A stretch of DNA of 64,000 nt, from positions 6,144,001 through 6,208,000 of the forward strand of contig CAVUSO010000001.1 in the NCBI GenBank assembly GCA_963744145.1, written 5' to 3'. Shown piece by piece: positions 31,434-42,575 of this stretch (positions within the stretch are counted from its first letter, which is position 1; each line of letters starts with the position of its first letter). Both the position numbers and the translations under genes were made by a program. Under the pieces are notes generated by a model. That model saw nothing but the letters and a program-made list of their open reading frames with translations. It searched no databases and was not told the DNA's origin. The DNA is from an uncultured cyanobacterium (GTDB taxonomy: Bacteria > Cyanobacteriota > Cyanobacteriia > Cyanobacteriales > CAWUOF01).

Positions 31434-32345
31434 TTAAGAAGGATCAGGCTCAATTCCCAGCGATCGCAATTGTGCCGCCAATTTCTCGGCTCGATGATTC
31501 GCTTCTATCTGGGCTAATTCTGCTAGCTGTGCTTGTTGTTGAGCTTCCCTCTGGGCTAATTCTGCTTGTTGTGCTTGTTGTTGAGCTTCCCTTCGGGCTA
31601 ATTCTGCTTGTTGTGCTTGTTGTTGAGCTTCCCTTCGGGCTAATTCTGCTTGTTGTGCTTGTTGTTGAGCTTCCCTTCGGGCTAATTCTGCTTGTTGTGC
31701 TTGTTGTTGAGCTTCCCTTCGGGCTAATTCTTCTAGCTGTAATGCTTCTTCCTGGGTTTTATATCGATCGCCTTTTTCATCATACCAATATAACCACTCT
31801 CTTCTAATTCCTTCATAACTACCAATCTCTACCCCAATTCCTAAGCCAATTTCTGACATCCAGACCCGATTTCCTGGGATTAATTTATATTCACCTGCGC
31901 TCAAATGGTATACCATTAACTGCGGCTGACGACGACGGAATGGTGCATAAATCACGTAATACAATACTCCTTGTTTCTCATATTCAATTTTCTTGCGTTT
32001 ATATTCACCCCCTGGTTTTTTCGATACTACTTCGATCGTCAATTGGGGTACTACTCCGTTTTCTTCCCAATTCACATAGCTTAAACGTAGATTTTCCCCC
32101 TTAATTCTGGGGACTCCTAAGCTTAAGAACCCATCGGGCGCTAAACAGGGTTTTTTTGGATCAAAATGCCAAGCCATATCAATTCCAAAAAACCAATCTT
32201 GCCGATCGCGCCAAATATAACTTAGTATAGATTTTAACAGATGACAAACTAAATCTTGTAATTCACTATCCACGGGTTGATCGTCAGAATATGGTAATTC
32301 TGCTGCGGTTGGGAGCTTTTTTTCTAGCTGGTTGTAAGTTAGCAT
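31434..32345 (-). CDS. Uma2-family endonuclease, 303 aa (5 extra units)
   Basis: Same core plus five repeat units. Confidence 0.9.
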   Translation of the reverse strand: MLTYNQLEKKLPTAAELPYSDDQPVDSELQDLVCHLLKSILSYIWRDRQDWFFGIDMAWHFDPKKPCLAPDGFLSLGVPRIKGENLRLSYVNWEENGVVPQLTIEVVSKKPGGEYKRKKIEYEKQGVLYYVIYAPFRRRQPQLMVYHLSAGEYKLIPGNRVWMSEIGLGIGVEIGSYEGIRREWLYWYDEKGDRYKTQEEALQLEELARREAQQQAQQAELARREAQQQAQQAELARREAQQQAQQAELARREAQQQAQQAELAQREAQQQAQLAELAQIEANHRAEKLAAQLRSLGIEPDPS

Positions 32346-32423
32346 AGTTAGATATTATTCTGAGCAGAAACTAACTTTTCTATCCTGATCATACCATAAA
32401 TAGTCAAAAGTTTATAATTAAGT

Positions 32424-33293
32424 TTAAGAAGGATCAGGCTCAATTCCCAGCGATCGCAATTGTGCCGCCAATTTCTCGGCTCGATGGTTCGCTTCTATCT
32501 GGGCTAATTCTGCTAGCTGTGCTTGTTGTTGAGCTTCCCTCTGGGCTAATTCTGCTAGCTGTGCTTGTTGTTGAGCTTCCCTTCGGGCTAATTCTGCTTG
32601 TTGTGCTTGTTGTTGAGCTTCCCTTCGGGCTAATTCTGCTTGTTGTGCTTGTTGTTGAGCTTCCCTTCGTGCTAATTCTTCTAGCTGTAACGCTTCTTCC
32701 TGGGTTTTATATCGATCGCCTTTTTCATCATACCAATATAACCACTCTCTTCTAATTCCTTCATAACTACCAATCTCTACCCCAATTCCTAAGCCAATTT
32801 CTGACATCCAGACCCGATTTCCTGGGATTAATTTATATTCACCTGCGCTCAAATGGTATACCATTAACTGCGGCTGACGACGACGGAATGGTGCATAAAT
32901 CACGTAATACAATACTCCTTGTTTCTCATATTCAATTTTCTTGCGTTTATATTCACCTCCTGGTTTTTTCGATACTACTTCGATCGTCAATTGGGGTACT
33001 ACTCCGTTTTCTTCCCAATTCACATAGCTTAAACGTAGATTTTCCTCCTTAATTCTGGGGACTCCTAAGCTTAAGAACCCATCGGGCGCTAAACAGGGTT
33101 TTTTTGGATCAAAATGCCAAGCCATATCAATTCCAAAAAACCAATCTTGCCGATCGCGCCAAATATAACTTAGTATAGATTTTAACAGATGACAAACTAA
33201 ATCTTGTAATTCACTATCCACGGGTTGATCGTCAGAATATGGTAATTCTGCTGCGGTTGGGAGCTTTTTTTCTAGCTGGTTGTAAGTTAGCAT
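32424..33293 (-). CDS. Uma2-family endonuclease, 289 aa (4 extra units)
   Basis: Same core (one G>E change) plus four repeat units. Confidence 0.9.
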   Translation of the reverse strand: MLTYNQLEKKLPTAAELPYSDDQPVDSELQDLVCHLLKSILSYIWRDRQDWFFGIDMAWHFDPKKPCLAPDGFLSLGVPRIKEENLRLSYVNWEENGVVPQLTIEVVSKKPGGEYKRKKIEYEKQGVLYYVIYAPFRRRQPQLMVYHLSAGEYKLIPGNRVWMSEIGLGIGVEIGSYEGIRREWLYWYDEKGDRYKTQEEALQLEELARREAQQQAQQAELARREAQQQAQQAELARREAQQQAQLAELAQREAQQQAQLAELAQIEANHRAEKLAAQLRSLGIEPDPS

Positions 33294-33371
33294 AGTTAGA
33301 TATTATTCTGAGCAGAAACTAACTTTTCTATCCTGATCATACCATAAATAGTCAAAAGTTTATAATTAAGT

Positions 33372-34157
33372 TTAAGAAGGATCAGGCTCAATTCCCAGCG
33401 ATCGCAATTGTGCCGCCAATTTCTCGGCTCGATGGTTCGCTTCTATCTGGGCTAATTCTGCTTGTTGTACTTTTTGTTGAGCTTCCATCCGGGCTAATTC
33501 CGCTAGCTCGGCTCGATGGTTCGCTTCCATCCGTGCTAATTCTTCTAGCTGTAAAGCTTCTTCCTGGGTTTTATATCGATCGCCCTTTTCATCATACCAA
33601 TATAACCACTCTCTCCTGATTCCTTCATAACTACCAATCTCTACCCCAATTCCTAAGCCAATTTCTGACATCCAGACCCGGTTTCCTGGGATTAATTTAT
33701 ATTCACCTGCGCTCAAATGGTACACCATTAACTGTGGCTGACGACGACGGAATGGTGCATAAATCACGTAATACAATACTCCTTGTTTTTCATACTCAAT
33801 TTTCTTGCGTTTATATTCACCCCCTGGTTTTTTCGATACTACTTCGATCGTCAATTGGGGTACTACTCCGTTTTCTTCCCAATTCACATAGCTTAAACGC
33901 AGATTTTCTCCCTTAATTCTGGGAACTCCTAAACTTAAGAACCCATCGGGTGCTAAACAGGGTTTTTTTGGATCAAAATGCCAAGCCATATCAATTCCAA
34001 AAAACCAATCTTGCCGATCGCGCCAAATATAACTTAGTATAGATTTTAACAGATGACAAACTAAATCTTGTAATTCACTATCCACGGGTTGATCGTCAGA
34101 ATATGGTAATTCTGCTGCGGTTGGGAGCTTTTTTTCTGGATGTTTGTAAGTTAGCAT
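33372..34157 (-). CDS. Uma2-family endonuclease, 261 aa (2 extra units)
   Basis: Same core with a distinct N-terminus (KHP) and upstream region; first copy in transcription order. Confidence 0.9.
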   Translation of the reverse strand: MLTYKHPEKKLPTAAELPYSDDQPVDSELQDLVCHLLKSILSYIWRDRQDWFFGIDMAWHFDPKKPCLAPDGFLSLGVPRIKGENLRLSYVNWEENGVVPQLTIEVVSKKPGGEYKRKKIEYEKQGVLYYVIYAPFRRRQPQLMVYHLSAGEYKLIPGNRVWMSEIGLGIGVEIGSYEGIRREWLYWYDEKGDRYKTQEEALQLEELARMEANHRAELAELARMEAQQKVQQAELAQIEANHRAEKLAAQLRSLGIEPDPS

Positions 34158-34250
34158 AGATATTTAGATGATCAAAAAATAATTTTTCTATCTTTATCAT
34201 ACAATGAAGGTTCAGTTAAGAATATTTTTGATATCTCGGCTTTAGAAGAA

Positions 34251-34344
34251 GGGTGAAGCATTCGGGGATAAGATCACTGCCCTTCGACTTCGCTCAGGGT
34301 AAACTTTAATCGCTCAATTTTCGCCCGAATGCTTCACCCCTACA
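34251..34344 (-). repeat. REP-like palindrome carrying a 24-nt insertion
   Basis: Reverse-complement copy of 6136-6205 with an extra CCCTTCGACTTCGCTCAGGGTAAA at 34280-34303. Confidence 0.85.
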
Positions 34345-34393
34345 CTATTGCGGGATAACAAAGAGAAAACTCTTCATTATCCCGTTAATGATT

Positions 34394-37300
34394 CTAACTT
34401 CCGCCGATCCGTGCTACATTACGAGAATTCTCTTCAAAGGCTGCGGTTAGAGCGTCATCACCACTTAACCCTGACTCTAAAGCTTGTTTCAATGCTTCCA
34501 ATACACGCTTATAATCGGTCGGCATAACTTTCACAAACTTCGGCACCATTTCCTTCCAATTAGCTAGAACTTGAGCTGCTTTCTCGCTCTTAGTATAGTC
34601 TGTATGCTTTTGGATCATTTCTTGGAGATCATCAATCTCTTCGGGATCTTCAAGTTTTTCTAGACCGACCATTGACATATTACAGCGAGTTGCAAAATCA
34701 CCTTGTTCATCAAGAATATAGGCAATTCCTCCACTCATTCCAGCAGCAAAATTACGACCAGTTTTTCCTAATACGACAACTTTACCACCTGTCATATATT
34801 CACAACCGTGATCACCGACACCTTCTACTACTGTGTTTACTCCCGAGTTACGCACACCAAAGCGTTCTCCTGCCATACCCCGAATATATACTTCACCAGC
34901 AGTAGCACCATAGAGAACGACATTACCAACAATGATATTTTCTTCGGCGACAAAGGTAGAAACTTTGGGTGGATAAAGAATAATTTTGCCACCACTCAAA
35001 CCTTTACCGAGGTAATCGTTAGCATCTCCTTCTAATTCCAAAGTAACACCTTTAGGAACAAAAGCACCAAAACTCTGACCGGCACTACCTTGGAAATGTA
35101 AATGTACTGTATCTTCTGGTAATCCTTCCCAATGACGTTTAGTGATCTCATTCCCCAGAATTGTTCCTACTACACGATTAATGTTGGTAATCGGTAAAGT
35201 TGCTGTGACTTTTTCACCCTGTTCGATCGCGGGTTTACATAAATCAAGCAATACTTTCATATCCAGAGACTTCTCTAGTCCGTGATCCTGGGGAATTTGA
35301 CAATACCGACCAACTTCCGGACCAACTTCTGGTTGATAGAGAATATTGGAGAAATCTAAACCCTTAGCTTTCCAATGGTCGATCGCTTTCTTTGGTTCAA
35401 GAATATCAGTCCGTCCGACCATTTCATTCACAGTTCGGAAACCAAGTTGAGCCATAATTTCCCGGAGTTCTTGAGCAACAAACGTCATAAAATTGACAGT
35501 ATGCTCAGGTTCACCAGTAAATTTTTCTCGTAATATTGGGTTTTGGGTAGCAACTCCGACAGGACAAGTATTCAAATGACACACCCGCATCATAATACAG
35601 CCTAGAGTTACCAGAGGAGCGGTAGAAAAACCAAATTCTTCAGCACCTAACAGAATTGCGATCGCGACATCTCGTCCAGTCTTTAATTGACCATCAGTTT
35701 CGACCACAATCCGACTTCGCAGATTATTTAAAACTAAGGTTTGATGGGTTTCTGCTAATCCTAATTCCCAAGGTACACCCGCGTGTTTAATGGAAGTTTG
35801 GGGTGATGCTCCTGTACCACCATCATAACCAGAAATTAACACCACATCAGCATGAGCTTTAGAAACACCAGCAGCGATCGTCCCGACACCTACTTCCGAG
35901 ACTAACTTAACACTAATCCGGGCTTGGCGATTAGCATTTTTCAAATCATGAATTAACTCAGCTAAATCCTCAATGGAATAGATATCATGGTGAGGTGGTG
36001 GTGAAATTAAACCTACACCTGGAGTCGAATGTCGGACCTTCGCGATCGATGGATATACCTTACGTCCTGGTAACTGTCCACCTTCTCCTGGTTTAGCTCC
36101 TTGAGCCATTTTAATTTGTAATTCCTTCGCTTGAGATAAATACAAGCTAGTCACTCCAAACCGACCCGATGCTACCTGTTTAATCGCACTATTTTTAGAA
36201 TCCCCCTTGTCATTTTTCCAGGTATAACGAGCGGGATCTTCTCCACCTTCACCAGTATTCGATTTTCCACCTAAACGATTCATCGCGATCGCTAAGGTTT
36301 CGTGAGCTTCTTGAGAAATGGAACCATAACTCATTGCTCCTGTTTTAAACCGTTTCACGATTGCTTCTACTGGTTCAACTTCCTCAATTGGTACGGGTTG
36401 ACGCTCTTTAAATTCCAGCAATCCCCGTAAGGTATAATGTTGTTGGTCTTGCTTATTTACCAATGTAGCATATTGCCGATAAAGATCATAATTACCAGCA
36501 CGAACTGCTTTTTGCAGAGTATGAATAGTCTCCGGACTAAATAAATGAGCTTCTCCATCTTTGCGCCATTGATATTCCCCACCCACCTCAAGAGTGCTAT
36601 CATTAACTGCACGATCGGGGAAACCGTGATGATGACGTAAAATTGCTTCTTTGGCAATTACTTCTAAATCTACACCTTCAATCCGCGAAGGAGTCCAGGT
36701 AAAATATTTGTCAATGACAGAACGATTGAGTCCGATCGCTTCAAAAATCTGGGCTCCCCGATAACTTTGCAGGGTAGAAATTCCGATCTTAGAAGCAACC
36801 TTAATTACTCCTTTAGTGGCTGCTTTGATATAGTTCTTAAAAGCAGTCTTGCTATCAATATTCACTAGCAAATGTTGACGGATCATATCATTAATCGTCT
36901 CAAATGCTAGATAAGGATTGATCGCACCACAACCATAACCGATCAATAAAGCGTAATGATGTACTTCGCGAGGTTCACCTGACTCTAGCACGAGACCAAC
37001 TCTGGTGCGTGTACCCATGCGAATTAAGTGATGATGTAACCCAGCAACTGCTAACAAAGCTGGAATCGCTGCTTGTTCTGGATTGATCCCGCGATCGCTA
37101 AGAATAATAATATTTATTCCAGCATCAATTGCTTGATTAGCGCGATCGTAAATATCAGCCATTACTTTTTCCAAACCTTGCACACCCTCTAACGGATTGA
37201 ACAGAATTGGGAAGGTAACTGACTTAAAACCATCCTCATTAATATATTTCAGTTTGGCAAGTTCTTCATTACTCAGGATCGGTGTTTTCAACTCAATCAG

Positions 37301-38983
37301 ATGACAACTTTCTGGTACTGGTTCTAACAAATTGCGCTCAGAACCAATTGTAGTTTCAGCGGAAGTAACTATTTCCTCACGAATCGAATCGATCGGTGGA
37401 TTAGTCACTTGAGCAAAAAGTTGTTGGAAATAATCGTAAAGCAGTTTCGGTCGATCTGAAAGTACCGCGAGGGGAGTATCTGTACCCATAGCACCAACTG
37501 CTTCCACTCCATCCTGAGCCATTGGTGCTAATAATAAGCGGATCTGCTCAAAAGTATAACCAAAAGCTTGATGATGCTGAATCAGAGTTTGGGGATCTAA
37601 TGTGGGTAATTCTGGTGCATCTTTTACTTTCGCAAGTTCGACCATTTGTTGATCGATCCATTCGCGATAAGGATGTTCTGTGGCAATTTTATTTTTGATT
37701 TCCTCATCAGCAATAATCCGTCCCTCTTCCATATTAACGAGGAACATCCGACCTGGTTCGAGACGACCTTTTAATTTCACCCGTTCTGGTGCAATGGGTA
37801 ATACACCTGCTTCCGATGCCATAATTACCAGATCATCTTTAGTAACATAGTATCGGGAAGGACGCAAACCATTCCGATCTAGAACTGCACCCATCATCGT
37901 TCCATCAGTGAAAGCGATCGAAGCTGGACCATCCCAAGGTTCCATTAAACATGAGTGGTATTTATAAAACGCTTTTTTTGCATCACTCATGGACTCATGA
38001 GCTGTCCAAGGTTCTGGGATCATCATCATGACCGCATGGGGTAAAGAACGTCCCCCCAAAACCAACAGTTCTAAGGCGTTATCAAAAATCGTCGAATCGC
38101 TACCATTGAGATTGATGAGATTGGGAATTTTTTTCAGATCATCCCCAAACAATTCTGATTGGAACAAAGATTGTCTGGCGTGCATCCAGTTAATATTGCC
38201 ACGTAGGGTGTTAATTTCACCATTGTGGGCAATGTAGCGATAGGGATGACTGCGTTCCCAACTGGGGAAAGTGTTAGTGCTGAAACGGGAGTGTACCAGT
38301 CCCAACGCACTTTCCATGTCAGGATCATGGAGATCGGGATAATATTCCCCGACTTGCACGGGCATCAGCATTCCCTTGTAAACCAGAGTACGACAAGAAA
38401 GACTGCATTGATACCAGAAAGAATCGTTTTTTTGTCGGTGAATTTCACGGTGAGTAAGTTTACGAATCACATAGAGTTTGCGCTCGAAACTGTCTTCATC
38501 AACTATTTCTGGCGATCGCTCGATGAACACCTGTTGCATGAAAGGTTCACTCGATTTAGCTGTATCACCAATCGATGAATTATTAGTGGGTACATTGCGC
38601 CAACCAATTACTTTTTGTCCTTCCTTGGTGACAATTTCCTCAAAAACTTTTCTACTTTGTGCCCGAATTACTGGATCAGGGGATGAATAGATCAAACCAA
38701 CTGCATATTTACCTGCTTCGGGAAGAACAATATTTTCCGCAGCAGTTACTTTTTGGAGGAATTTGTGTGGGACTTGGATTAAAATACCAGCGCCATCACC
38801 CGTATTAATTTCGCAACCACAAGCACCACGATGGTCAAGATTCAACAAAATTGTTAGTGCTTGCTCAATGATATCGTGAGATTTCTTTCCTTTCATCTGG
38901 ACGATAAACCCCACACCACAAGCATCATGCTCGAATTGTGGATCGTAAAGACCTTGTTTGGATGGCTGGTGATTTTTGTTCAT
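34394..38983 (-). CDS. gltB: Glutamate synthase large subunit
   Basis: EHDACGVGF (N-terminal Cys amidotransferase), [44 protein letters not shown] and GXGXG repeats. Confidence 0.96.
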   Translation of the reverse strand: MNKNHQPSKQGLYDPQFEHDACGVGFIVQMKGKKSHDIIEQALTILLNLDHRGACGCEINTGDGAGILIQVPHKFLQKVTAAENIVLPEAGKYAVGLIYSSPDPVIRAQSRKVFEEIVTKEGQKVIGWRNVPTNNSSIGDTAKSSEPFMQQVFIERSPEIVDEDSFERKLYVIRKLTHREIHRQKNDSFWYQCSLSCRTLVYKGMLMPVQVGEYYPDLHDPDMESALGLVHSRFSTNTFPSWERSHPYRYIAHNGEINTLRGNINWMHARQSLFQSELFGDDLKKIPNLINLNGSDSTIFDNALELLVLGGRSLPHAVMMMIPEPWTAHESMSDAKKAFYKYHSCLMEPWDGPASIAFTDGTMMGAVLDRNGLRPSRYYVTKDDLVIMASEAGVLPIAPERVKLKGRLEPGRMFLVNMEEGRIIADEEIKNKIATEHPYREWIDQQMVELAKVKDAPELPTLDPQTLIQHHQAFGYTFEQIRLLLAPMAQDGVEAVGAMGTDTPLAVLSDRPKLLYDYFQQLFAQVTNPPIDSIREEIVTSAETTIGSERNLLEPVPESCHLIELKTPILSNEELAKLKYINEDGFKSVTFPILFNPLEGVQGLEKVMADIYDRANQAIDAGINIIILSDRGINPEQAAIPALLAVAGLHHHLIRMGTRTRVGLVLESGEPREVHHYALLIGYGCGAINPYLAFETINDMIRQHLLVNIDSKTAFKNYIKAATKGVIKVASKIGISTLQSYRGAQIFEAIGLNRSVIDKYFTWTPSRIEGVDLEVIAKEAILRHHHGFPDRAVNDSTLEVGGEYQWRKDGEAHLFSPETIHTLQKAVRAGNYDLYRQYATLVNKQDQQHYTLRGLLEFKERQPVPIEEVEPVEAIVKRFKTGAMSYGSISQEAHETLAIAMNRLGGKSNTGEGGEDPARYTWKNDKGDSKNSAIKQVASGRFGVTSLYLSQAKELQIKMAQGAKPGEGGQLPGRKVYPSIAKVRHSTPGVGLISPPPHHDIYSIEDLAELIHDLKNANRQARISVKLVSEVGVGTIAAGVSKAHADVVLISGYDGGTGASPQTSIKHAGVPWELGLAETHQTLVLNNLRSRIVVETDGQLKTGRDVAIAILLGAEEFGFSTAPLVTLGCIMMRVCHLNTCPVGVATQNPILREKFTGEPEHTVNFMTFVAQELREIMAQLGFRTVNEMVGRTDILEPKKAIDHWKAKGLDFSNILYQPEVGPEVGRYCQIPQDHGLEKSLDMKVLLDLCKPAIEQGEKVTATLPITNINRVVGTILGNEITKRHWEGLPEDTVHLHFQGSAGQSFGAFVPKGVTLELEGDANDYLGKGLSGGKIILYPPKVSTFVAEENIIVGNVVLYGATAGEVYIRGMAGERFGVRNSGVNTVVEGVGDHGCEYMTGGKVVVLGKTGRNFAAGMSGGIAYILDEQGDFATRCNMSMVGLEKLEDPEEIDDLQEMIQKHTDYTKSEKAAQVLANWKEMVPKFVKVMPTDYKRVLEALKQALESGLSGDDALTAAFEENSRNVARIGGS

Positions 38984-39517
38984 TTTGATTGAGTAAAATT
39001 GACTAATGTTTAGTCATTGCTAGCTGATCTAACAAGACTTACAAGCAAAGATAGGGGCTGATGACAATATCCTCCTACTGAAGACTATTAGTAGGGGATG
39101 GTGTCATTTATAGTAAACGATGAGAACGGATTGACTGGAGTTATAGATCAGATTTTGTCGCTATATATGGTAATAGATACTAGATTTTAAAGAATGTTTG
39201 ATCTAATACTGTATGATTTTACACAAATTATTATTAGGGATGGCCATTGATTGACTGCTGGACATAGTTCTGGATTTCCACTCTTTCCTTGGTAGCCTGC
39301 TCACAACCCACTCAGTTTTGGTGATGACCAGAGTAATCACATCGTATTGGGTCTTTTGAGAAAGATATTTAGCGGGCCCTGGTTCTTTGGGTAACAGAAT
39401 AGGGATATGTGGCTTGAATTGTCGCGATCGCCGTCAGATGTGGAGATTAACTAACTGAACATAGCAATCATTTTGCAAAATGGTGAAGTAGTACCTACTA
39501 ACTGGAGAGAATAATTT

Positions 39518-39711
39518 ATGAGAGAGCCTACTGAATTAGAAAAAAAAAACAATACCAAAGACTTATAGAAATATTTGCCATAGCCAGACAACGATATTTA
39601 AGTGATGGGGGCGATCCTAGAAGTCCTGGTGGTATTCTCAATGGTAAAGATTGTTTGACTGCTGAGGAAAAACAAGAAATTGTGGAGTTAGGCAACCAAG
39701 TTTTTTTTTGA
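39518..39711 (+). pseudogene. Small hypothetical gene with an A-run frameshift, ending at the RAYT fragment
   Basis: MREPTELEKK, then QYQRLIEIFAIARQRYLSDGGDP…LTAEEKQEIVELGNQVF in another frame across the A-run at 39540-39549. Confidence 0.5.
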
Positions 39712-39873
39712 GAATATAAAGAAAGACTTGGCGACATTCTAGACGCATTAAGCGAAATTCACGCATTTTTGCATCGAGTAGTAATATGATCAGAAAAGTG
39801 ATGAGACATAAATGGTCTTTCTCGCTGATTGCTTATGTGGAATAGGCTGCGTTAAGTATACCGTTTATGGTAG
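39700..39873 (-). pseudogene. Degenerate copy of the 5' end and upstream region of the RAYT-like transposase
   Basis: Aligns by eye to about 45340-45515 with small indels. Confidence 0.85.
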
Positions 39874-39914
39874 GATGCCTACGGCACGCTCTCGCGTTCG
39901 CCCAACTTCCGTCG

Positions 39915-40050
39915 ATATCTCCCAAAATATCCTTAAACGAACGGGGATGGGTTCCTCTATAGGAACCTTTGCGACGTTTCAAAATTGATAGCTCTGGTTG
40001 TGGCTCTAATTTTCCATTTAACCTAATTGGAGCTTGCGATCTGGCGATCG
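39915..40050 (-). pseudogene. Internal fragment of a Uma2-family gene
   Basis: AIARSQAPIRLNGKLEPQPELSILKRR…THP resembles the Uma2 Q-PI…EPQPD segment; begins at a HIP1 site. Confidence 0.6.
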
Positions 40051-40171
40051 CAATTATCAATTTTAAAGAGGATTCCTGTAAAGCCCGTAGAGTAGTATTT
40101 AAGGCATCAATTATTTTCGAGTCGCCATTGATAATATAGCTACAGTGGTTTGTGTCTAGCAGGTACGACAT
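40051..40171 (-). pseudogene. Truncated PIN/VapC toxin
   Basis: MSYLLDTNHCSYII PIN start; PIN similarity is lost after about 25 aa and the ORF runs into the Uma2 fragment. Confidence 0.7.
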
Positions 40172-40176
40172 AGTAA

Positions 40177-40434
40177 CTAAAACTGGGATTCTGAACGGGT
40201 TTCACGAACAAAGTTCAGACAGTCTTCTAGGTCGTCTCCTTGCCAATTTTTCGGATGTTTGAGTAAATCTTTTGCTTGCTTCCCTCGTTTAATGGGCGAA
40301 AGTTTACGCCGCGTGGGTGAATCTGGTGTAGCGCTTTGGATAGAGTCGAGAAAGCTACTGACGAGAGCAAGTCTGTCAGGAGAGAGTCGATCGAGTTGGC
40401 TATTAATTTTTTGGCGAAGTTGAGACTGGTTCAT
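40177..40434 (-). CDS. Putative antitoxin upstream of the vapC remnant
   Basis: 85 aa ending KDLLKH…WQGDDLEDCL; AGGAG RBS; 5 bp from the vapC start. Confidence 0.65.
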   Translation of the reverse strand: MNQSQLRQKINSQLDRLSPDRLALVSSFLDSIQSATPDSPTRRKLSPIKRGKQAKDLLKHPKNWQGDDLEDCLNFVRETRSESQF

Positions 40435-40516
40435 TTTTATTTCTCCTAAATATTTATTTTATTCATAATTGCTACTGTTGACGATCGCAATTATCAATTT
40501 TAAAGGTAATATCAAC

Positions 40517-41119
40517 TTAACGTTCCTGCATCATCCAGACAAGAAACCCCAAGATTTGTTCAACGGGAGGGAGTGGATAATCAGTAAGATCAATGGATAC
40601 GCATTGCTCTTCTAGTTTAAGAAACCGCCAAACTGTACCACTACTAACCGTTCCGTAAATTGTCGATATTGGCTGTTGTTTTTGTTGGTTAAAGCGTTGA
40701 GCAGCAACCATTTCGGCAAGGCATTGTCCTAGAGCGGGTTTTAGGTCTTCTTTCTTAGCTTCCACCAAGATCACCACAGGAGCTTTGATAAATAGTTGCT
40801 CCGGAGAACGACTCAGCAGAAAGTCAACATAGCCAGTGAGTTCAGCTTCTGGTTCGACATTGAATTCTTCCCCAGAAAAAACGCTAATCTGTCCTTGAAG
40901 CTGACGCTTTACTTCTAGTAGCACAGGGTTAATTATGCCCTCAGAACGGGCTTTCTCGCTACTTACTGCAATCGCCCAGGGAATTGTTTCTTTAAGAGTA
41001 TCCTGAAGTAAAGGACTGGGAGTGATGCGGGGAATTTCTGGTAAAAAACGATCTCCTTCAATGATGGTGAGATGGAAATCTTCCACAGTTTTGCTGAGGG
41101 TAAATTTACTGTAAGCCAT
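40517..41119 (-). CDS. Cyanobacterial PD-(D/E)XK-fold hypothetical protein
   Basis: MAYSKFTL, SEKARSE, GYVDFL, VEAKK, GQCLAEMVAAQ and SGTVWRFL segments. Confidence 0.75.
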   Translation of the reverse strand: MAYSKFTLSKTVEDFHLTIIEGDRFLPEIPRITPSPLLQDTLKETIPWAIAVSSEKARSEGIINPVLLEVKRQLQGQISVFSGEEFNVEPEAELTGYVDFLLSRSPEQLFIKAPVVILVEAKKEDLKPALGQCLAEMVAAQRFNQQKQQPISTIYGTVSSGTVWRFLKLEEQCVSIDLTDYPLPPVEQILGFLVWMMQER

Positions 41120-41169
41120 AGATTTATACTTCCGCTTTTTAAAGAGGATTTATGAGTGATCGGTGGGTG

Positions 41170-41229
41170 GGGGCGAGTTTTGTTTAATGATCGATGGGGA
41201 TCAAACTTCTGGGTGAACTCGCCCCTACA
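41170..41229 (-). repeat. REP-like hairpin
   Basis: GGGGCGAGTT…AACTCGCCCC-TACA; the loop resembles that of 17846-17904. Confidence 0.7.
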
Positions 41230-41423
41230 GCGATCGGAACTTATGGGATAAAATTCATAAATTGAACTAAAGAGGAATATTACCAACTGGGTAACGCAAC
41301 TAAAATTTCTGCTATCTATAAGTCTTCAAAAAGCGTATCGACTCTAATCGCTATGTCTGGAAATGAAAGAGGTGAGATGTTTTCACCACGTCTAAATTGT
41401 TGGATACTTTTATACCCAAATCA

Positions 41424-41575
41424 TGACGAGTCCCAATCGGTGCCATATAAATAATATCCCCATCAATTAGTTCTGTCTTACCATCCCCAAGCATCCCCAA
41501 TTCACCCAGCTTGTAATATTCCTCCACCGTGAATTGCTTTCTTGTTGGTTTTGTTGCTGTTGCTACTGCGATCAT
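41424..41575 (-). pseudogene. N-terminal fragment of a Uma2-family gene
   Basis: FTVEEYYKLGELG…TELIDGDIIYMAPIGTRH, then similarity is lost. Confidence 0.75.
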
Positions 41576-41619
41576 CTTTCTTACCATCCTATTGCTTGAA
41601 TGGGGTCTACCTAACAGTT

Positions 41620-41777
41620 AATTGTACCCTAACGGATGCGAGGTAATGCTGATTGTCCCGTAGGCGATCCAGTTCTCCGTCGCATATTTGCCGATCGCAG
41701 TTAATTGTTAGAGCAATCGAGTAGCGATCGCTCCACCCGATTTGGGTGTGGTGGTTTTTTTGGGGAGCGATCGCCAA
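41620..41777 (+). repeat. About 158-bp segment duplicated at 43550-43707
   Basis: Near-identical direct repeat containing HIP1 sites. Confidence 0.85.
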
Positions 41778-41981
41778 TACCCTAACGGATACCAGAGGGA
41801 CGAATACAAATACGGCTTGGTTCCGGTTTGCGATCGCTCCAAATTCCCCCAGCACAAGGTCATTTAACTAGAAGCGATCGCTCTGGGCGCGACCTAATCT
41901 GTCCCAGAAGCGACCCACCGATCTGTCCCATGCCCCACCGATCTGTCCCAGGAGCAATATAGTTCAGACACTATATTAGTA

Positions 41982-42245
41982 TCAATCACAATCATATAAA
42001 TCTTCAAAACTAGGTGGTTCGCGTAAGGGTTCTCTAACAATAGTTGGGATCTCAAAATCTCCAAAATGGGCAAAACGTCTCTTGATAGCTAAGGCAAGAT
42101 TTAAGGGTGAGAGATGATTTTCTGTCAAAACAGTGCGGAGGATTTCTTTGGCTTCTTCTTCGAGAGAACGCCCATAATATTCAGCTCGCTTTTGCAGACG
42201 GGTTTTCAGGTCATCATCAAAGTTTTGAATCGTGATGTTGCTCAT
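41982..42245 (-). CDS. FitA-like ribbon-helix-helix antitoxin (no toxin downstream)
   Basis: MSNITIQNFDDDLKTRLQKRA…GRSLEEEAKEIL. Confidence 0.8.
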   Translation of the reverse strand: MSNITIQNFDDDLKTRLQKRAEYYGRSLEEEAKEILRTVLTENHLSPLNLALAIKRRFAHFGDFEIPTIVREPLREPPSFEDLYDCD

Positions 42246-42329
42246 AATAAATTCAGTTGCTAAAGTTATATTTTTTGGCTCTAAATATCAGAATAGTATA
42301 GCATAACTGAACGCATCCCACCTAGCACT

Positions 42330-42575
42330 TTAACCAACTGCAAACTCAGTAAATTTCCGTCCATCGGGAGCTTGAAACGCCAGAACTATATCTTGCTTAG
42401 GAACTTCAGCTTCTACTAATTCATTCTTCACCCCGATTTCTGTACCATCCCGTTCAATCCAAATTTTGCCATCTTTGATTTCCACATAAATAATACAACC
42501 AAATACTCGCGTTAGCTCTTGCCAAGCAATATTAAGAACTTGATAGCGATCGCGTTCCTGATCAACTATCAATAG
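42330..42575 (-). pseudogene. XisI-family gene lacking its N-terminus
   Basis: DRYQVL…IKDGKIWIERDGTEIG…VPKQDIVLAF…TEFAVG. Confidence 0.8.

Larger units (their letters stand above)
28923..34157 (-). repeat. Tandem array of six Uma2 gene units with variable 42-bp repeat copy number
   Basis: Six near-identical genes, each separated by a near-identical 78-81 bp spacer. Confidence 0.95.

Noticed and set aside
29741..33619. Plus-strand ORFs with LVVLVVELP repeats
   Set aside because: They are antisense shadows of the Uma2 coiled-coil repeats.
28923..34157. CRISPR array or diversity-generating retroelement reading of the repeats
   Set aside because: The repeats are whole genes and in-frame 42-bp coding units. 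There are no unique spacers, cas genes, reverse transcriptase or adenine-specific variation.
34394..38983. Absence of gltD next to gltB as a novelty
   Set aside because: gltB and gltD are unlinked in some cyanobacteria; this cannot be judged from one window.
39211..39224. NtcA-like GTA-N8-CAC upstream of gltB
   Set aside because: It is a single imperfect match in AT-rich DNA with no promoter context established.
39833..40171. 112-aa ORF as an intact VapC
   Set aside because: It is a chimera of a PIN N-terminus, a Uma2 fragment and non-coding sequence.
41607..41855. 82-aa ORF (and the 95-aa ORF at 43676-43963)
   Set aside because: These are read-throughs of HIP1-rich repeats (AIA/CDR/RS patterns) with no coding signal.
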